Assembly: GCA_000320545.1 (NCBI GenBank)
Contig: ADNK01003182.1
Span: 1-40,457, forward strand
DNA: 40,457 nt
Origin: Bigelowiella natans CCMP2755
Lineage: Eukaryota; Protista; Cercozoa
Reading direction: 5' to 3'
The notes under the pieces are model-generated. The model was not told the DNA's origin. It did no database searches and saw only the letters and a list, made by a program, of their open reading frames with translations. The first letter of the stretch is position 1. Each line of letters starts with the position of its first letter. The translations under genes were made by a program, and so were the position numbers. Shown piece by piece: positions 13,258 through 25,669 of this stretch.

Positions 13258-14177
13258 CAAGCGTATCTCCAAAAAGGTGCAACTTTCCGCCTGTTAACAC
13301 GCAAAGTCTTTATACGCTCACAAACATGGGCTTCGGTTCGGATCTTGCGAAGGAGGTACAAACAACTATCACTGCCTGCTTGCTACCGTCCAACACACGT
13401 CAGTAATCACGATTCGCTGCCATCGTCATCGTCGCCATCATCATTACCATCGCCGTTGTCCATTGTGATGATCATGATCATGATGATCATGGTGATGATG
13501 ATGATGATGATGATGATGACAATTGCCTGAAATCCCTGTGTGTTTCCGAATGTACCAGTCTCTAGCGCGCAACCAAAATAACATCCAGAATGCGATTCAA
13601 TGGCTGTCAACCAACCCTGTTCCCCTTAGTCCTTCCTGGTAGTACCATCCATCACCATAGGAAGAAGAAGAAGAAGAAGAAGAAGAAGAAGAAGACCACC
13701 CCCGTGTGATATGATATGATGTGATGTGATGATGACGACGATGATGATGATAAAGATTCTCGTTTTAAACGGCTGTTTATGTGTGAGGCACAGAAGCTTT
13801 CCTCCTTCTCCTCCTCCTCCACCACCACCACCACCTCCTCCTCCTCTGTAGCCATGCAATGCTTACTGTCATATTCGGCTGCGATAGCCGTAGTACTGCT
13901 ACGGTGTATCATCAGCTGCAACTCGCATTGTATATAAAATATTTTAAAAATAATAATAATTTATATATAAATATCTCCGTCTTGACACTTTTTTAGGGAC
14001 TTGCGCGTGGACAAGAAATCCCACCGACTGTACTATGCGAATAAGGTAGTAGTGCTGATCACCACCACCTCCTCTTCTATCATCGTTCTTCAATCGATTC
14101 ATGTAACATATTTTCCTGCATTCTTTCTTCCTTTCTTCACATCCCGCTCTAAATGAATCAATCGTAAACACGCTACG

Positions 14178-14210
<33 letters not shown>

Positions 14211-14349
14211 GCTACTGCTGCTACTAAAAACTACACAAGGAGGGGAAATTCACTCAGTGGGATCGTCCGATTATTAGCCAAAAGCATGAGCCGATGTTGA
14301 AGGTAGTAATCAATCGTAACTAGCAATTTCGCGAGAGTGGTAGTAGTAA

Positions 14350-14381
<32 letters not shown>

Positions 14382-14966
14382 ATGGTAATAAGCTGTACTG
14401 TTCTGTTTACCATTGTTATGATCATCTTCATCACCATCATTATCGTCGTCATCATCGTCGTTTTATAGTCGTTGCTAGCGATGGGATTTCCGCGTCGATG
14501 CGCTGTAGAGGCCCTTGCTCACTACAAAGGCGATGCACAGGTTGGTTTGAAGCCATCATCATCATATGGGGGCAGCTGAGCAGCGCATGTACTTTTATCA
14601 TCGTGGATGGTGCTTAAAGCTCGCATTTGTTATCGTTACTATATTCACCTTTATCCTGTCCTGTCTTGCCCTTAGGCGGCCACCAATTGGATCCTATACA
14701 ATCAACCGAAGCCACTGCCCAGCACATATGCTATTCTTGTTGAGAATGTGAGTATTTTGTATTCATATACTGCTGCATGTAGTCATCAGAAGAATCTGCC
14801 GTAGAATCGGTTGTGTTGTGACAGCTTTCCCTCCACTAATCGTATTCATTGACACCGACATTTTTTTTATGCTTTTACTCCTATTTGTAATCAGGGCGCG
14901 ATTATCTACCTTAACAAAACCAACAATCAACGCTATTCTACTCGGCCTGTTAAGCCTACCTTTTAA
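8884..14966 (+). CDS. C2-C2-WW-UBA-WW-UBA-WW(degenerate) adaptor protein, >20 exons
   Basis: C2: DLVGKDRSGKSDPYVKF...VLRKTLNPSWD...VQDKDFWGKDYIG. Second C2-like: TTQVQNETSNPEW. WW: RRPYYVNHVTKKTQWIP and PLSPSWDLRVDKKSHRLYYANKEGKFTQWDRP. UBA: LTNMGFGSDLAKESLARNQNNIQNAIQWL and LLAMGFPRRCAVEALAHYKGDAQAATNWIL. Stop TAA at 14964-14966. Apparent 1-nt frameshift near 12100. Confidence 0.85.
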
Positions 14967-16197
14967 CGATCTCATCTGGAGCAAACGGTGCCTTTGAGTT
15001 AGCGGAGCTTTGCGTTAATTTAAAACAATTGGCTGTATCACAACACTCCATGGTTCATGTAGCTTGCTAGCAAATCTAGAAATGATGCCTCTAGTCCTGC
15101 ATGCAAGCTGCGGCGCTGCTGCAACTCTAAAACTGCGCGACCGTGCCTGCAATAATGAGGACTCGATCGTAATGCTGCTGTCATGTGTAGCTATGGCACA
15201 CTCTCAACAATATGGCGAATAACACAGGCAGCGCGCAATCCGTGTTCCATCGACAAATTTAGATATCATTGCTATAAACTAGTAAGGCTTGCTAGCTTGG
15301 CCGCGCACAGTGTAAAAAATGCTAGGCGATGACGTGCATACATCTCTAGATCTAGCTAGCTAAACATCAAGCGTGTCGCCGTTATTAGTGCGTGTAGGCT
15401 GGCTATGCATCTAGCAATACGTGCGCGTATATTGCCATCTATAATCTAAATAGTGTAATAATAACTAGACAAAATAAAGCGCCATTCTGCATTCTAATCA
15501 TGATGAGTCCACTTCTAGATTTACCTTTGTTACATATTTAATACATTATACGCACTACGAGCTCTAGTTGTATGTTTCAAATGAAGTTTTTATTTACATT
15601 CGTCTCGTACATTCATGCGCGATGATACAGCACGGCACTACGTCTAGACATAGACATCCTGTAATGCAATCGACGAATCGTCGTGATCGCTTCAGAAATA
15701 ATGCATCAGGGGTTTGTTTCACACGCCGCCAGACGTGCAGGGTTCTCAGACGCACGGGTATTGTCACCCATTGCTAGCATCGGTTTGTCTATTATAAGCG
15801 ATAGGGAATTCGCTTACTCCGTAAGACCACGGAAACATATCTAGATATGTAACACGTCACCCCTCAGCAACCTCTCTGTCAGCATTCTGATCATAACGTT
15901 CATCTATCTCTCTCTCCCCCCCCTCTAGCACAGGGATGTCATTCGAGGTTGGATCGTCAACACGCATTCCTACGATGGTACGAGTACGATGGAAACGCGA
16001 AATGTGAGAAGCTGATCAACACTCGGTACTGTGATAATGAAGTGGAAAGAATAGTTGTGATTCCTTCTAACAAACACTCTCATAACAAGTATCCTCTCGA
16101 TCTTTATCACGCTGTTACTACTCACCCCACGTCCTCCAGACTGCATCGACGTTAAGCTGTGGTATTTACGCATCATCGTCACAGTTACTCACATTAT
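14967..16197. other. Convergent intergenic spacer 2, CTAG/palindrome-rich
   Basis: 1231 bp; 17 CTAG by hand count, including TCTCTAGATCTAGCTAGCTA near 15343-15362. Confidence 0.75.
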
Positions 16198-17268
16198 TCA
16201 ACGGTTCCATATCGATTGATTTTCACTGGCCGCATGCCGATACTACGGAGATTAGGACGATGAGCGATGGTGAACATTGCGCGAAAGCTGCTGGCTACTT
16301 ATTATGATAAACTATGCAAAACCACAACGTTACCCACCATATCATCTTCGTCTGATTCGTCGTCATCGCCTGGGCGTCGCTGTCCTCCCCCCCCCCCTGG
16401 ACCCCCCCCTCCAAATTGTCTACTATACTGGGAGTTAACGGGTTCTTCTTCGTCGCAATCGACGAAATCAGCATTGTTCACTACCCCCTCGGAAGCTTTG
16501 CTCTGTGGTACAAACGAAGGAGGCGGGCGGTCGGTCATCGTCGTTATAGCCAAGATTTCAATGCTCACAGTCACCCCTTCTCCTTACATTACTATATTAT
16601 AATCATTATTGATATTCGTTCTTATCGTTTCTGCTGGTACTACTACTACTACTACTACTACTACTACAACTACTACACCGGTAGAACTACAACTAACACT
16701 GACCTCTCCCATTTCAGGGCTAATTGCTTTTCCATCTTGATCGTATCTTGGACTCACTCCTGCCTCTGCGGGTAGCAGTTGATGGGGAAGCAAATCAATG
16801 CAATGCAATGCAATGAAACTGCGCATTTGCACCGTGCTATCGTCGGAAACAACACCCGGCATCTCTGCCTTTAGCCCTTCATTTCATAACTCAAAAAAAC
16901 AAAAGAAAAAATGTTGTACGTGTTTTGGCTCTCGTTCTATATCGTCTCGCTCTCTGCTGCTGCTGCTGCTGCGAAAATGAAGGAACTCACCGTGCTGTCT
17001 TGGAAGAAGAATGGCCATAATATACAAAGCAATCACCTTCATCATGCAACCACCAAAAAGTCACACAAACGGTGATGATAGGTGCGAGAGAGCAAGAGCG
17101 GGAGAAGGAGGGGGGAGAGAGGAGGGGGCGGGACGGAAACAAAATCGTGAATCATATCACATGTAGCTGAATTTGTAGTTTGAGAATAATGATGAAGATG
17201 ATGATGATGATGATTAGATTGCCCCCCATTTGCTCGGTAGCGCACGTAGTATCACTCATCACATGCAA

Positions 17269-17312
<44 letters not shown>

Positions 17313-17658
17313 CACAAGCAAGAAGTTACTTACAGCACTACTACAACTACTATTCCTACTGCTACTACCACTACTATTACGATCAGTACTAAGTACTACC
17401 TGGGGCACCGCAGTGAGACCTAGATAATAGGCTAAGTACACTTCGTCATTTACTTGTCCAGGAAACAAATCACCAAGAACCTTGACGACGAGAAGGAGGA
17501 GGAGGAGGAGGAGGAGGAGGAGGAGGAGGAGAAGACTACTGTTAATGAAGAGGAGAGGAAGGAAGCAGAATGCGGAGGCTACTCACCATTATAAGAACTA
17601 CTGCCCTTAGAACGAAACAGATGCACACAACCTGTTTGTCATCCAAATCAACAAATAT

Positions 17659-17697
<39 letters not shown>

Positions 17698-17838
17698 CAC
17701 ACACACACACACACACACAAACACATCATCATCACAGAAGTAATACGTACGATGGTTCCTAGGGCGATACGACGAAGAGTTGCGGAGAGCGCTCGGCTAC
17801 GGCATACACAGATCATCAAGAGAACGAAGATGTACAAC

Positions 17839-17871
<33 letters not shown>

Positions 17872-19838
17872 AGTGATGATGGTGTTGATACGGTGAATGA
17901 TACGTGAAGGGATATACGCTTCATATAATGACAGAGGATGTATACATCATCATCAAAACAGGAAAGATGAACGATATGCGAATATGACGGATGATGGATA
18001 ATGACCACACTATTGCTAATACAATAAGTAACTACTACTACTCCTACTCTACTACTGCTGCCTTCTACTACTAACTACCTAAATGCTCTCCCCCATTTCT
18101 GGAAAAGGCGATGAAGCTGAATACCGAACCCTATTACGAGCTACGCACACACCAGACAAACAGAAGATGGGGTGAGGACTGCCATAATGAATAATAAGAA
18201 GTTGCTTTGTGCATGCACTTGCTTTGCACTGCAAATGATGTGAAGGGTAGAGGCTGGTTTGGGTGGTTGGTTTCGAGACTTTCCCCACCATCGTCGTCAT
18301 CATCACCATCATCATCACCCGTGAAACATGTGTGCCGGGAGCAAATGGAGGCAGTAGGATGGGAGGCAAAGGGCAAGACAGCATACATTCAAAAGACGGT
18401 TAGCAGCATTACCAAAGGAACGAGAAGATACACGACCACATTCGTGGCGATGTTGATACGATAGCTGGTGAGGTGAGGGATAATGTACGAAATTAGTCGA
18501 TCAGATGATGAAAAATAAGTCCGTAGCATATCATCAGTAAAGAACTCATATGGATTGGGGCCTACTATTGGTTTGCGTCAGCATTGTTTCCTTGCTGGAT
18601 GTAGAGCAAGATGTCAAGAGCGCTCAGAACGAACTTGAACACCATGAATGTCTGGAAGGTAGGGGGGGGGGGTTAGGGGGGAGGAGGAGGAGGATAGCAA
18701 GAAATTATAGCAAAAATAGCTTCAATCACTGTTTGCTTTTGATGATAAAGAACTCTTCGACTTGTATTCGTAAATGTAAGATACATGTCATATTACTACT
18801 ACTACTACCACTATTACCACATTTGATACGGCCCAAGCCCACCAAAGCCATGTGAGCGTCATCTCGGATCGATACCTTCCATTGCCAATAACTCACTTCA
18901 GTTGTGCGGTAACACTCCTCACTAATTGTGAAGGTTTATTGTAGAAGATCTTTGTTCCATGCTTTTTGTACTTAGAGATCATGTATGTGCAATGTTGGTG
19001 AAAGAGAGATACACCTCACGAAGAAATGTACTTTCAGCCAGAAGATCATCAGGTAAGTGTTGCACCAAAGGTCCTTATACCAAATAGAATAATCATCATC
19101 GCTTATTCTGCAGATTATTTTTTGTGTGTCATTTGTACCATCACCATCATCATCATATGATTTCGCAACCATTGTCACTAACAAGCGTGTACACTATTAC
19201 CATGGTCACTCGAACCCTATCGACTATATTCGGCCAGATAGAATTGCTATCCCCCCCAAACAAAGGAATGCCCAGCTGGATCACACTATCAGGTGTAGCA
19301 CATAGTTTCAGCGTTATTTAAGGAAGATAGTTGCAATTTATAAGTATGCTTCTATCACCTGCAAAACGCTGATGCGAAAGTTAATCCAACAAAAGTACGC
19401 TGGGTTGTGGCCTACTCAACGATAATACCAAGAATTAGGGAAAGAAATAGCCACTTAGCATTCGTGCTGGCTAGGAGGTTGACAACGCGTGGTTTGGCGG
19501 CAAAGTGCAGATGTGATGCCGACCGCTAGTTTGAGCCTTGAATACTTTCTTGAAGAAAGTAGGAGAGAGTAAATGCACGCGATGCATATAAGGGACGATA
19601 TCAGCACCACGATGATGTTAGGTCCTTTAGAACAGACAATCCCGAGTAGTACGTACAATCATCCTCAGTACCAAATACACGGATGAATGATTTGTGAATG
19701 ATAATGACAGTTATCGTAACAACTCTGTTTCACGGCTACAATTTACAAACTGCGTTGCTTGTTGGTCGATGAGTTCCAAAGGTAATGCATGATCCATGCC
19801 ATGTATAACCCACCGATATCCGCGAAAGAGTCGGACAT
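16198..19838 (-). CDS. THH1/TOM1/TOM3 (DUF1084)/GPR137-like seven-transmembrane protein
   Basis: Spliced product has ATTQRTFVGLTFASAFC, DLWCNTYLMIFWLKVHF, LVIGFGIQLHRLF, VVCICFVLRAVVLIM and YLAYYLGLTAVPQVIALYIMAILLP, paralleling the plant TOM1 motifs TTQKVFH, TYTLLVLFWAEIY, ICFTCFLIR and YYMVVEVLPSALVLFIL. Acidic/Gly-rich tail. ATG at 19838; probable stop TGA at 16200-16198 (3' exons less certain). Confidence 0.75.
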
Positions 19839-20326
19839 GGCTGGGGGCAGAGAGAAGGCCGGAATCTGACACTTTCTTCAGAGAGTTTTGAATATTTAGC
19901 GAAATGTAGATCGTTTATATCCTACGACATCAATTTCGGACGTAACTCTGAGAGTTTTCTACGACTTATAACACCATCCGGAACATCATTGATCAGGTGC
20001 GACAACTGGGATTTGATTGTCGCTATTCGAGGAGTTCGAGGATTTTCTGTGATTTTCATCGGACAAGGAAGGCTGCACAGTCGGGAAAAGCTGAGTCGCA
20101 GGAAGATATACGCATGTCGTTTTTTATCATACGACAACAAGTGATTTATGTGATTTTGCTGAAACGGACGTAGTTTTGCTACTCGTACGGCAACTCGCAG
20201 TCGTGTTGAAACGTCCACACCAGCACGTGCTCTTGGGCGTGTATTCGATGGACGTGTGAGAACGAAGCGAACAATCCTGAACTTGAAGGAAGCCAGCCCC
20301 TTCATATTTTCCTTAGAACTTTAGAA
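19839..20326. promoter_or_regulatory. Putative bidirectional promoter 2
   Basis: 488 bp between divergent ATGs; CpG-rich, no CTAG seen, CGTACG at 20184. Confidence 0.55.
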
Positions 20327-22260
20327 ATGGGGTTTGGAAGTCCTCTTTTAACATCTGCTGTCATTCCCACTCGCTCTTCTCTGGAAATCACATCAAAATT
20401 AAGCAACCTAGCCCTGAGCCCCCGAAAATCAAGTACCTCGAGTTATGAACGATGCATAAATAGTAAGGAAAATGGGCCAATCTCATCTGCAAAGCGAGTA
20501 AAAATCCCTCCTCTTCCCAATAAGAAACTTCGTCATCCAAGCGAATCTGACGCAAATCGGTGCGTTCGTAAGAAGTTCACCAGATGTAGATCAAGATTAA
20601 AACGAGATCCGAAAGAACAACTGCCGCCCTTCTCTAGTTCCAGAGGGGAATGTTGCCGTCCTGCTAGAAACTCTTCTCGTCCGGTGAGTGTTAAATGAGC
20701 CAAGTTTTTGCCATTGAGACGGAAAATTTTGATATCTTCGCAGTTATAAACACGAGAAACACGAGATATGTCCTAATTTTTATTTCAACACCACTCTAGG
20801 GTCGCAATCCAAGCAAGAAGGCATCTTCTAAGAAGCGTCATGTTAGAAACATTAGAAGATCTTCATGTCGGAAAGTATTCGAAGAAGCGCCGTTGAAAGG
20901 AGACCGCGGATCATCTAGGCAGTCTTCCACGTCTTCATCTTCTTCATCCTCATCATCATCATCTTCTTCTTCTTCATATTCTTCTATATCCGTTCCTTTG
21001 CGCAAAGGATCTACCTCACGTTTCTCGTCTCGCTCAAATAAGGGTGGTGAACGTAGGAAACTTTCAAAATGCAAAATTAAGTCTGCGAAAAGCGCCCCTC
21101 TCCTCCCAAAAAATCCTGCAAAAAAGAAATTGAGAAGGGAAGCACAGTGCAAGGATTTAAATGGAAAGAGCTTCCCGGTGGAACACTTACGAAAAAGGCG
21201 TCACCGAGCGGCTCTCAAGGCGATGAATTGGATGTATAAGTTTATCGTCAGAGACGACTACTCTGTTTTGTACGAACTTGGTGATGACATGCCTGGGATA
21301 TTTTTCGAATGCTGGTATACTTCAAAAGACAGGAAGATACGCAACTCATCACTCACAAGAGCTAAGCATCTTTGCATAAAGCTCAGCGAGAATCGACTTC
21401 AAATATGCGATGACATGATTGCAGATGGCAAATTTCCGGGCAGAGATGAGTTCTTTGAGTTTATGTTTTTAACAAGATGCATGAACGAGATGGAGATGGA
21501 CTGTAAGCCCATCCTGAAAATGGCGGATAAAATTTATTCGAAGCTGGGTTTCAAGAATACAGATAAGTTATTTGGAGTACCCTTAGCTCAGCTGCATGAG
21601 GTTAGCAGTGACAGGTGGTTGATGTTACTCATGAGAATTCTAATAATGAAATATAACAACCTGTCGTGGAATAATCGATACCCAACTAAATGGGCTATGA
21701 AGCAAGCATTTGAAGCTCTTAGAAAACATAAACTATCAACCTGGAAAGATGAAGATGGCTTTCATGATTCGTTCTATCTTGCAACACATATAGTGTACGC
21801 CATAAGCGCCTACAGCTCAGTAAAGACGCTTGAGTCAGACGCACCTTGGCTTTATTCTTACATTCGACAAGCTGGCCGATACTGGCTAAAACAAATAAAA
21901 TTGAAAGAAAAGGACAAGTCCGTTTATGTAGATATTGATGGGATAGGAGAAATTCTTGATAACCTCGTTGGTGCGGGTTGTACAGATGCGAACGACCGTC
22001 TAGTGTGTTCTCTTTCAACTTGGCTGCTAAAAGTGCAGAAGAAAGATGGCTCATTTCCTGTTTGGCTCGCAGATACTTCTGCGAAAGATCAAAGCTACTC
22101 TATCATTCATGGAACTTGGGTCTGTGCACAAGCGCTACGCGATCGTGATTTTAAGCTGAAAGAGAACTGGATGTGGAGCCAATGGACTGATAAATTAATG
22201 AAAATGACTAATTTCAAGACATTAGCCTACAAACCAACCTGGAAAGTAAAAGAACAATGA
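20327..22260 (+). CDS. 605-aa protein: basic/Ser-rich disordered N-terminus plus helical alpha/alpha-barrel domain (prenyltransferase/terpene-cyclase-like fold, DUF6895-like motifs)
   Basis: Exons 20327-20683 and 20800-22260 join in frame across one GT-AG intron. Motifs FYLATHIVY, DGIGEILD, WLLKVQKKDGSFP (QxxDGS-aromatic) and YSIIHGTWVCAQAL. The family assignment is from motif memory, not a search. Confidence 0.8.
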
Positions 22261-22314
22261 TGGATCCATTTCAGTTGCAAGGAGCGCAAGTAGTCATGAC
22301 CTATAGTTCCAACC

Positions 22315-22353
<39 letters not shown>

Positions 22354-23352
22354 AACTATAGGCGTTTCTAAGACATGCTCACTTGCACCAACAGTAGGTG
22401 TTAACAGGCAAGCTCAATATATCCTTAGATACACGGGGCCAAATGCAAGCAATTACACATCGCATAAAATAAATGCTTTTCTCATGTGCGCATGTCTGTA
22501 AAGCGACGCTATCACAAATGAACATGGCAAAGGGCCATTTTCGTTCAACTAACTGCGACAAAGAGATGCAGCATATACCTCTACTGTACTTATTATATAA
22601 ATCTTTTCAATGGTCTTCCTAATGTAGTATGTAGTATAATGCTATGCATGATCGATCGTCGCCAATAGCTTCCGATTCACATCGTCAGACTTTCGCGGCG
22701 GCAAGCAAGGCAACATACGCTGCACATAAGAAACGCAAGGTCACATCTTTGCCGCAGCTAGCTACTATATGTCCCTATACTACACAAGGATGACCATATT
22801 AAAAAAATGTAATCATTCTAGCGCTTGCTAGATTGCATCATTATATCCGTCTTACATCGGTTTTACTCGTGCCACATATGGTACTCTAGTACTGGCACAA
22901 GCTAGCAAGCTGCTACTACATTTAGAGTGCAACTTTCATCACTAGCTAGATCATCACGCGCTGCTGCATTAGCGAACGCGGCATGCGGCAGGTGTGTGTA
23001 TGTGCATGCTTGCTAAGCTTTTCTAGATCGAATTAATAATAATAGGTGTATGCGCGGTGGAATGGCAAGGCGAAGCATTGTGCATCGACGCGATGTGTGC
23101 CGTCCGATTCTGAGGCTAGGCAAACAACGCTTTCGAGTTAACGAGGGCATCGATTGCACGCAACATCAAGAATATAAAGAGTGCTGTTGAGTTGCTAGCG
23201 CGCTGAACAAATAAGTATTAGCGAGCATGATGCTAGCACTTGTTGGTTATCGAAGATATCATTAAATCTGTGGAAGTTCTCGCAGGTATTAATACCGAAT
23301 TATTATTATTTGGAAAAATACAGAGGACATTCTCTCTGCCTTAATCCTAAGT
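22261..23352. other. Convergent intergenic spacer 3, CTAG/palindrome-rich
   Basis: 1092 bp; 11 CTAG by hand count, with dense GCTAGC, GCATGC, GCGCGC, ATCGAT and TGCA. Confidence 0.75.
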
Positions 23353-25029
23353 TTAACCGCAGCAATTTTGACTATTATTCTTTTTTTCATCTGAAGAAGC
23401 TTCTATTCTAACCGATGTTCCGTTTTTACCTCTACTGCTATCCATAGACAACTGAAGAATAGGCAAAAAGCAAAGTAAACAAACACTCGTAATTAGAAGA
23501 AGATATATGTGCAAAAATAAAGGTTGTTTAGTCACAAGCATTCTTGCGGTGAGAACCGGCAATTTGAATGGTGATCAAGAAACTGTCGCAAACACCTCTG
23601 TTTGTTGCTCCTTAAGCACTTTTGCACAGATAGCCCGGAAAGCTTCCACTACGTTGGTCCCCTCCTATGATGCAGATATTTACATCAACACACAACGATT
23701 GCGCTTTGAATTCAAACAAAAAATCCTGTATGAATAATAGCTCACAAAAGCTTTGGCCTCACCTTTGCGCTCGTCTCGATCCAGGAAATGTTATGCTTTT
23801 GGGCAAAGTCGCTTGCATCAGCTGGTGAAACCTGGAGATGATAATGTTCGTTTAAACATAGCCAATTGAGTGAGGGGTGAGTGGGTCAAAAGAAGAGCTT
23901 ATGATCTCTTTGTGATGCTGGTGATGATGGTCTTTATCTCGAACAGAAATTAGCTTTACAAGTTGCCATACTTTGCGCTGAGATTGTGGTAAATCCGCTT
24001 TATTTCCTACAAGAAGCTTAGCTGTTGAAGGGTCTGCGAATTTCTGGGCCTCACTTAACCAACTGTTGGCGTTCTCGAAAGACTCGCGATCAGCCACGTT
24101 GTAAACTATCATGATTCCTTTGGCTCCTCTATAATACGAACTGAGGACGACAAAGAGGTTGATGGTCAAAATAAGGAGATTGGCTAGACAGTGGTTTTGA
24201 ATTATCTGTTCGAATGATGCTGGTAGTGGAAATAGTAACAGCATTAGTTTTAGTAGTTGTTGTGAAAAGGATGTAATTTTATTATTGAGCTTACGGATAC
24301 CATCAACTATTACCTTGTTATCGTTCTGAATCTTTCTTGACCGGCAGTGTCCCATATCTGCACTTTTACCTATCGAGTACAGAGTTGCGGTTAGGTCGAA
24401 GCGTTGACAGAGTTGTGTAGCCATCATCACTAATCATTTTGTGAAATCATACCTTCTGATCTGCCACGAACAGGGTTCTCGCTTTGAAGTCAACCTAATC
24501 AATGTCCAATCCAAATGTCATTTGTTTAGCAGCGTGTTTCACAATCTCATTCGTTAGTTTTTCCTCACTCCAATAGTACTGTAGAAGTGGTCGCTGAATT
24601 CGTCGTCAACGAAGCGAGAGAGAATACACGTTTTCTGGACAAGATAATGAAGCTCTGTTAGATCTAGGTGCATGCAAAATTTATGGGAATACATTACTGA
24701 TAATAATACTTTAAGAGCATGCTAAGGAGGTACTAACGAGAACTTTGACAAACAGTTACATGGGATACTTCCATTTCTAACAGCTACATGTTGCGTGTTG
24801 TTATAAGAATGTGTGCATATCATAACCCCCACTCCACTATCGCCGATGAGAACCAACTTCACAAGATGCACAGGGCCCTGCTCGTCCTTTCGTTTCAGCA
24901 AACAAATGGATATACATTACAAATAAAATCACACTTCCGACGAGAAATCAGGATTAATTTTGGTTTCTTCATCCCATGTTTGAGGTTTTCTCGCCCTTCC
25001 CTCTCTTTCACTTTTTCATCGTAAACCAT
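23353..25029 (-). CDS. RAB1: Rab1/Ypt1-like small GTPase (9 exons)
   Basis: M|[20 protein letters not shown]|[22 protein letters not shown]|VDFK...[24 protein letters not shown]...LLVGNKADL...IETSAK...NCCG*. All G-box and RabF motifs are present, with a C-terminal CC prenylation site. The start is assumed to be an ATG-only first coding exon at 25029-25027. Confidence 0.9.
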
Positions 25030-25669
25030 AAGTTGAAACAGAGGGTAAAATTTGAACGCAAATATCTCATAGGATCATTTCAGGGTGAGGCGAAAAGGCG
25101 CGTTTTGAGTTCGGGTTGCTGAAAATGCCGATTCATCTCCTTAATAGAATGACGGCTTCTTTTTCCATGTCGTGGTTACCTCGCCTCCGTAAAACATTTA
25201 TCTAGGAGGACCAAGGGAAAGTCCCGCTGCTTTTGGTTCTTCCACCCACCAGGCAACCGGATAATTAAAACTAAGGTAGTTGGTAGAGAGAGGTATGAGC
25301 CGCCTTTTCTTCCTTCTTCACCAGGCCATTTCAGACTTACTTTTGAGCCAAAAATCTTGTCTTTCTTAACGATTATCCTCGATTTTATGATATTTTCCAT
25401 GCTCCTATAAATCACTTGGTATTGGTAATATTTTGTTGTCGTACTATTATAAACAGAAGGCATTTTTGTAAATTCACTAATATTTGAAGCAGCCTCTGGC
25501 TTGCTGGGCGGAGTCTCTCCTGTCCGGCCCCCTCCTTCTGACTGGGGTTCCGTTGATCCAGCTGAGTACGTGCATCTCTTCCTGCTTCTTCTTTCCCTGC
25601 TTATCGATTCGCTAAAGGAAAAGCAAACGAATCGTAAATATATAGAATAATTCTCGGACAGTAGAAGAC
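25030..25669. promoter_or_regulatory. Putative bidirectional promoter 3
   Basis: 640 bp between the divergent starts of Rab1 and the JmjC gene; microsatellite-free, 1 CTAG. Confidence 0.5.

Noticed and set aside
19922-20305. 127-aa minus-strand ORF in divergent spacer 2
   Set aside because: No motif or splice support; more simply promoter/UTR sequence, though a small gene cannot be excluded.
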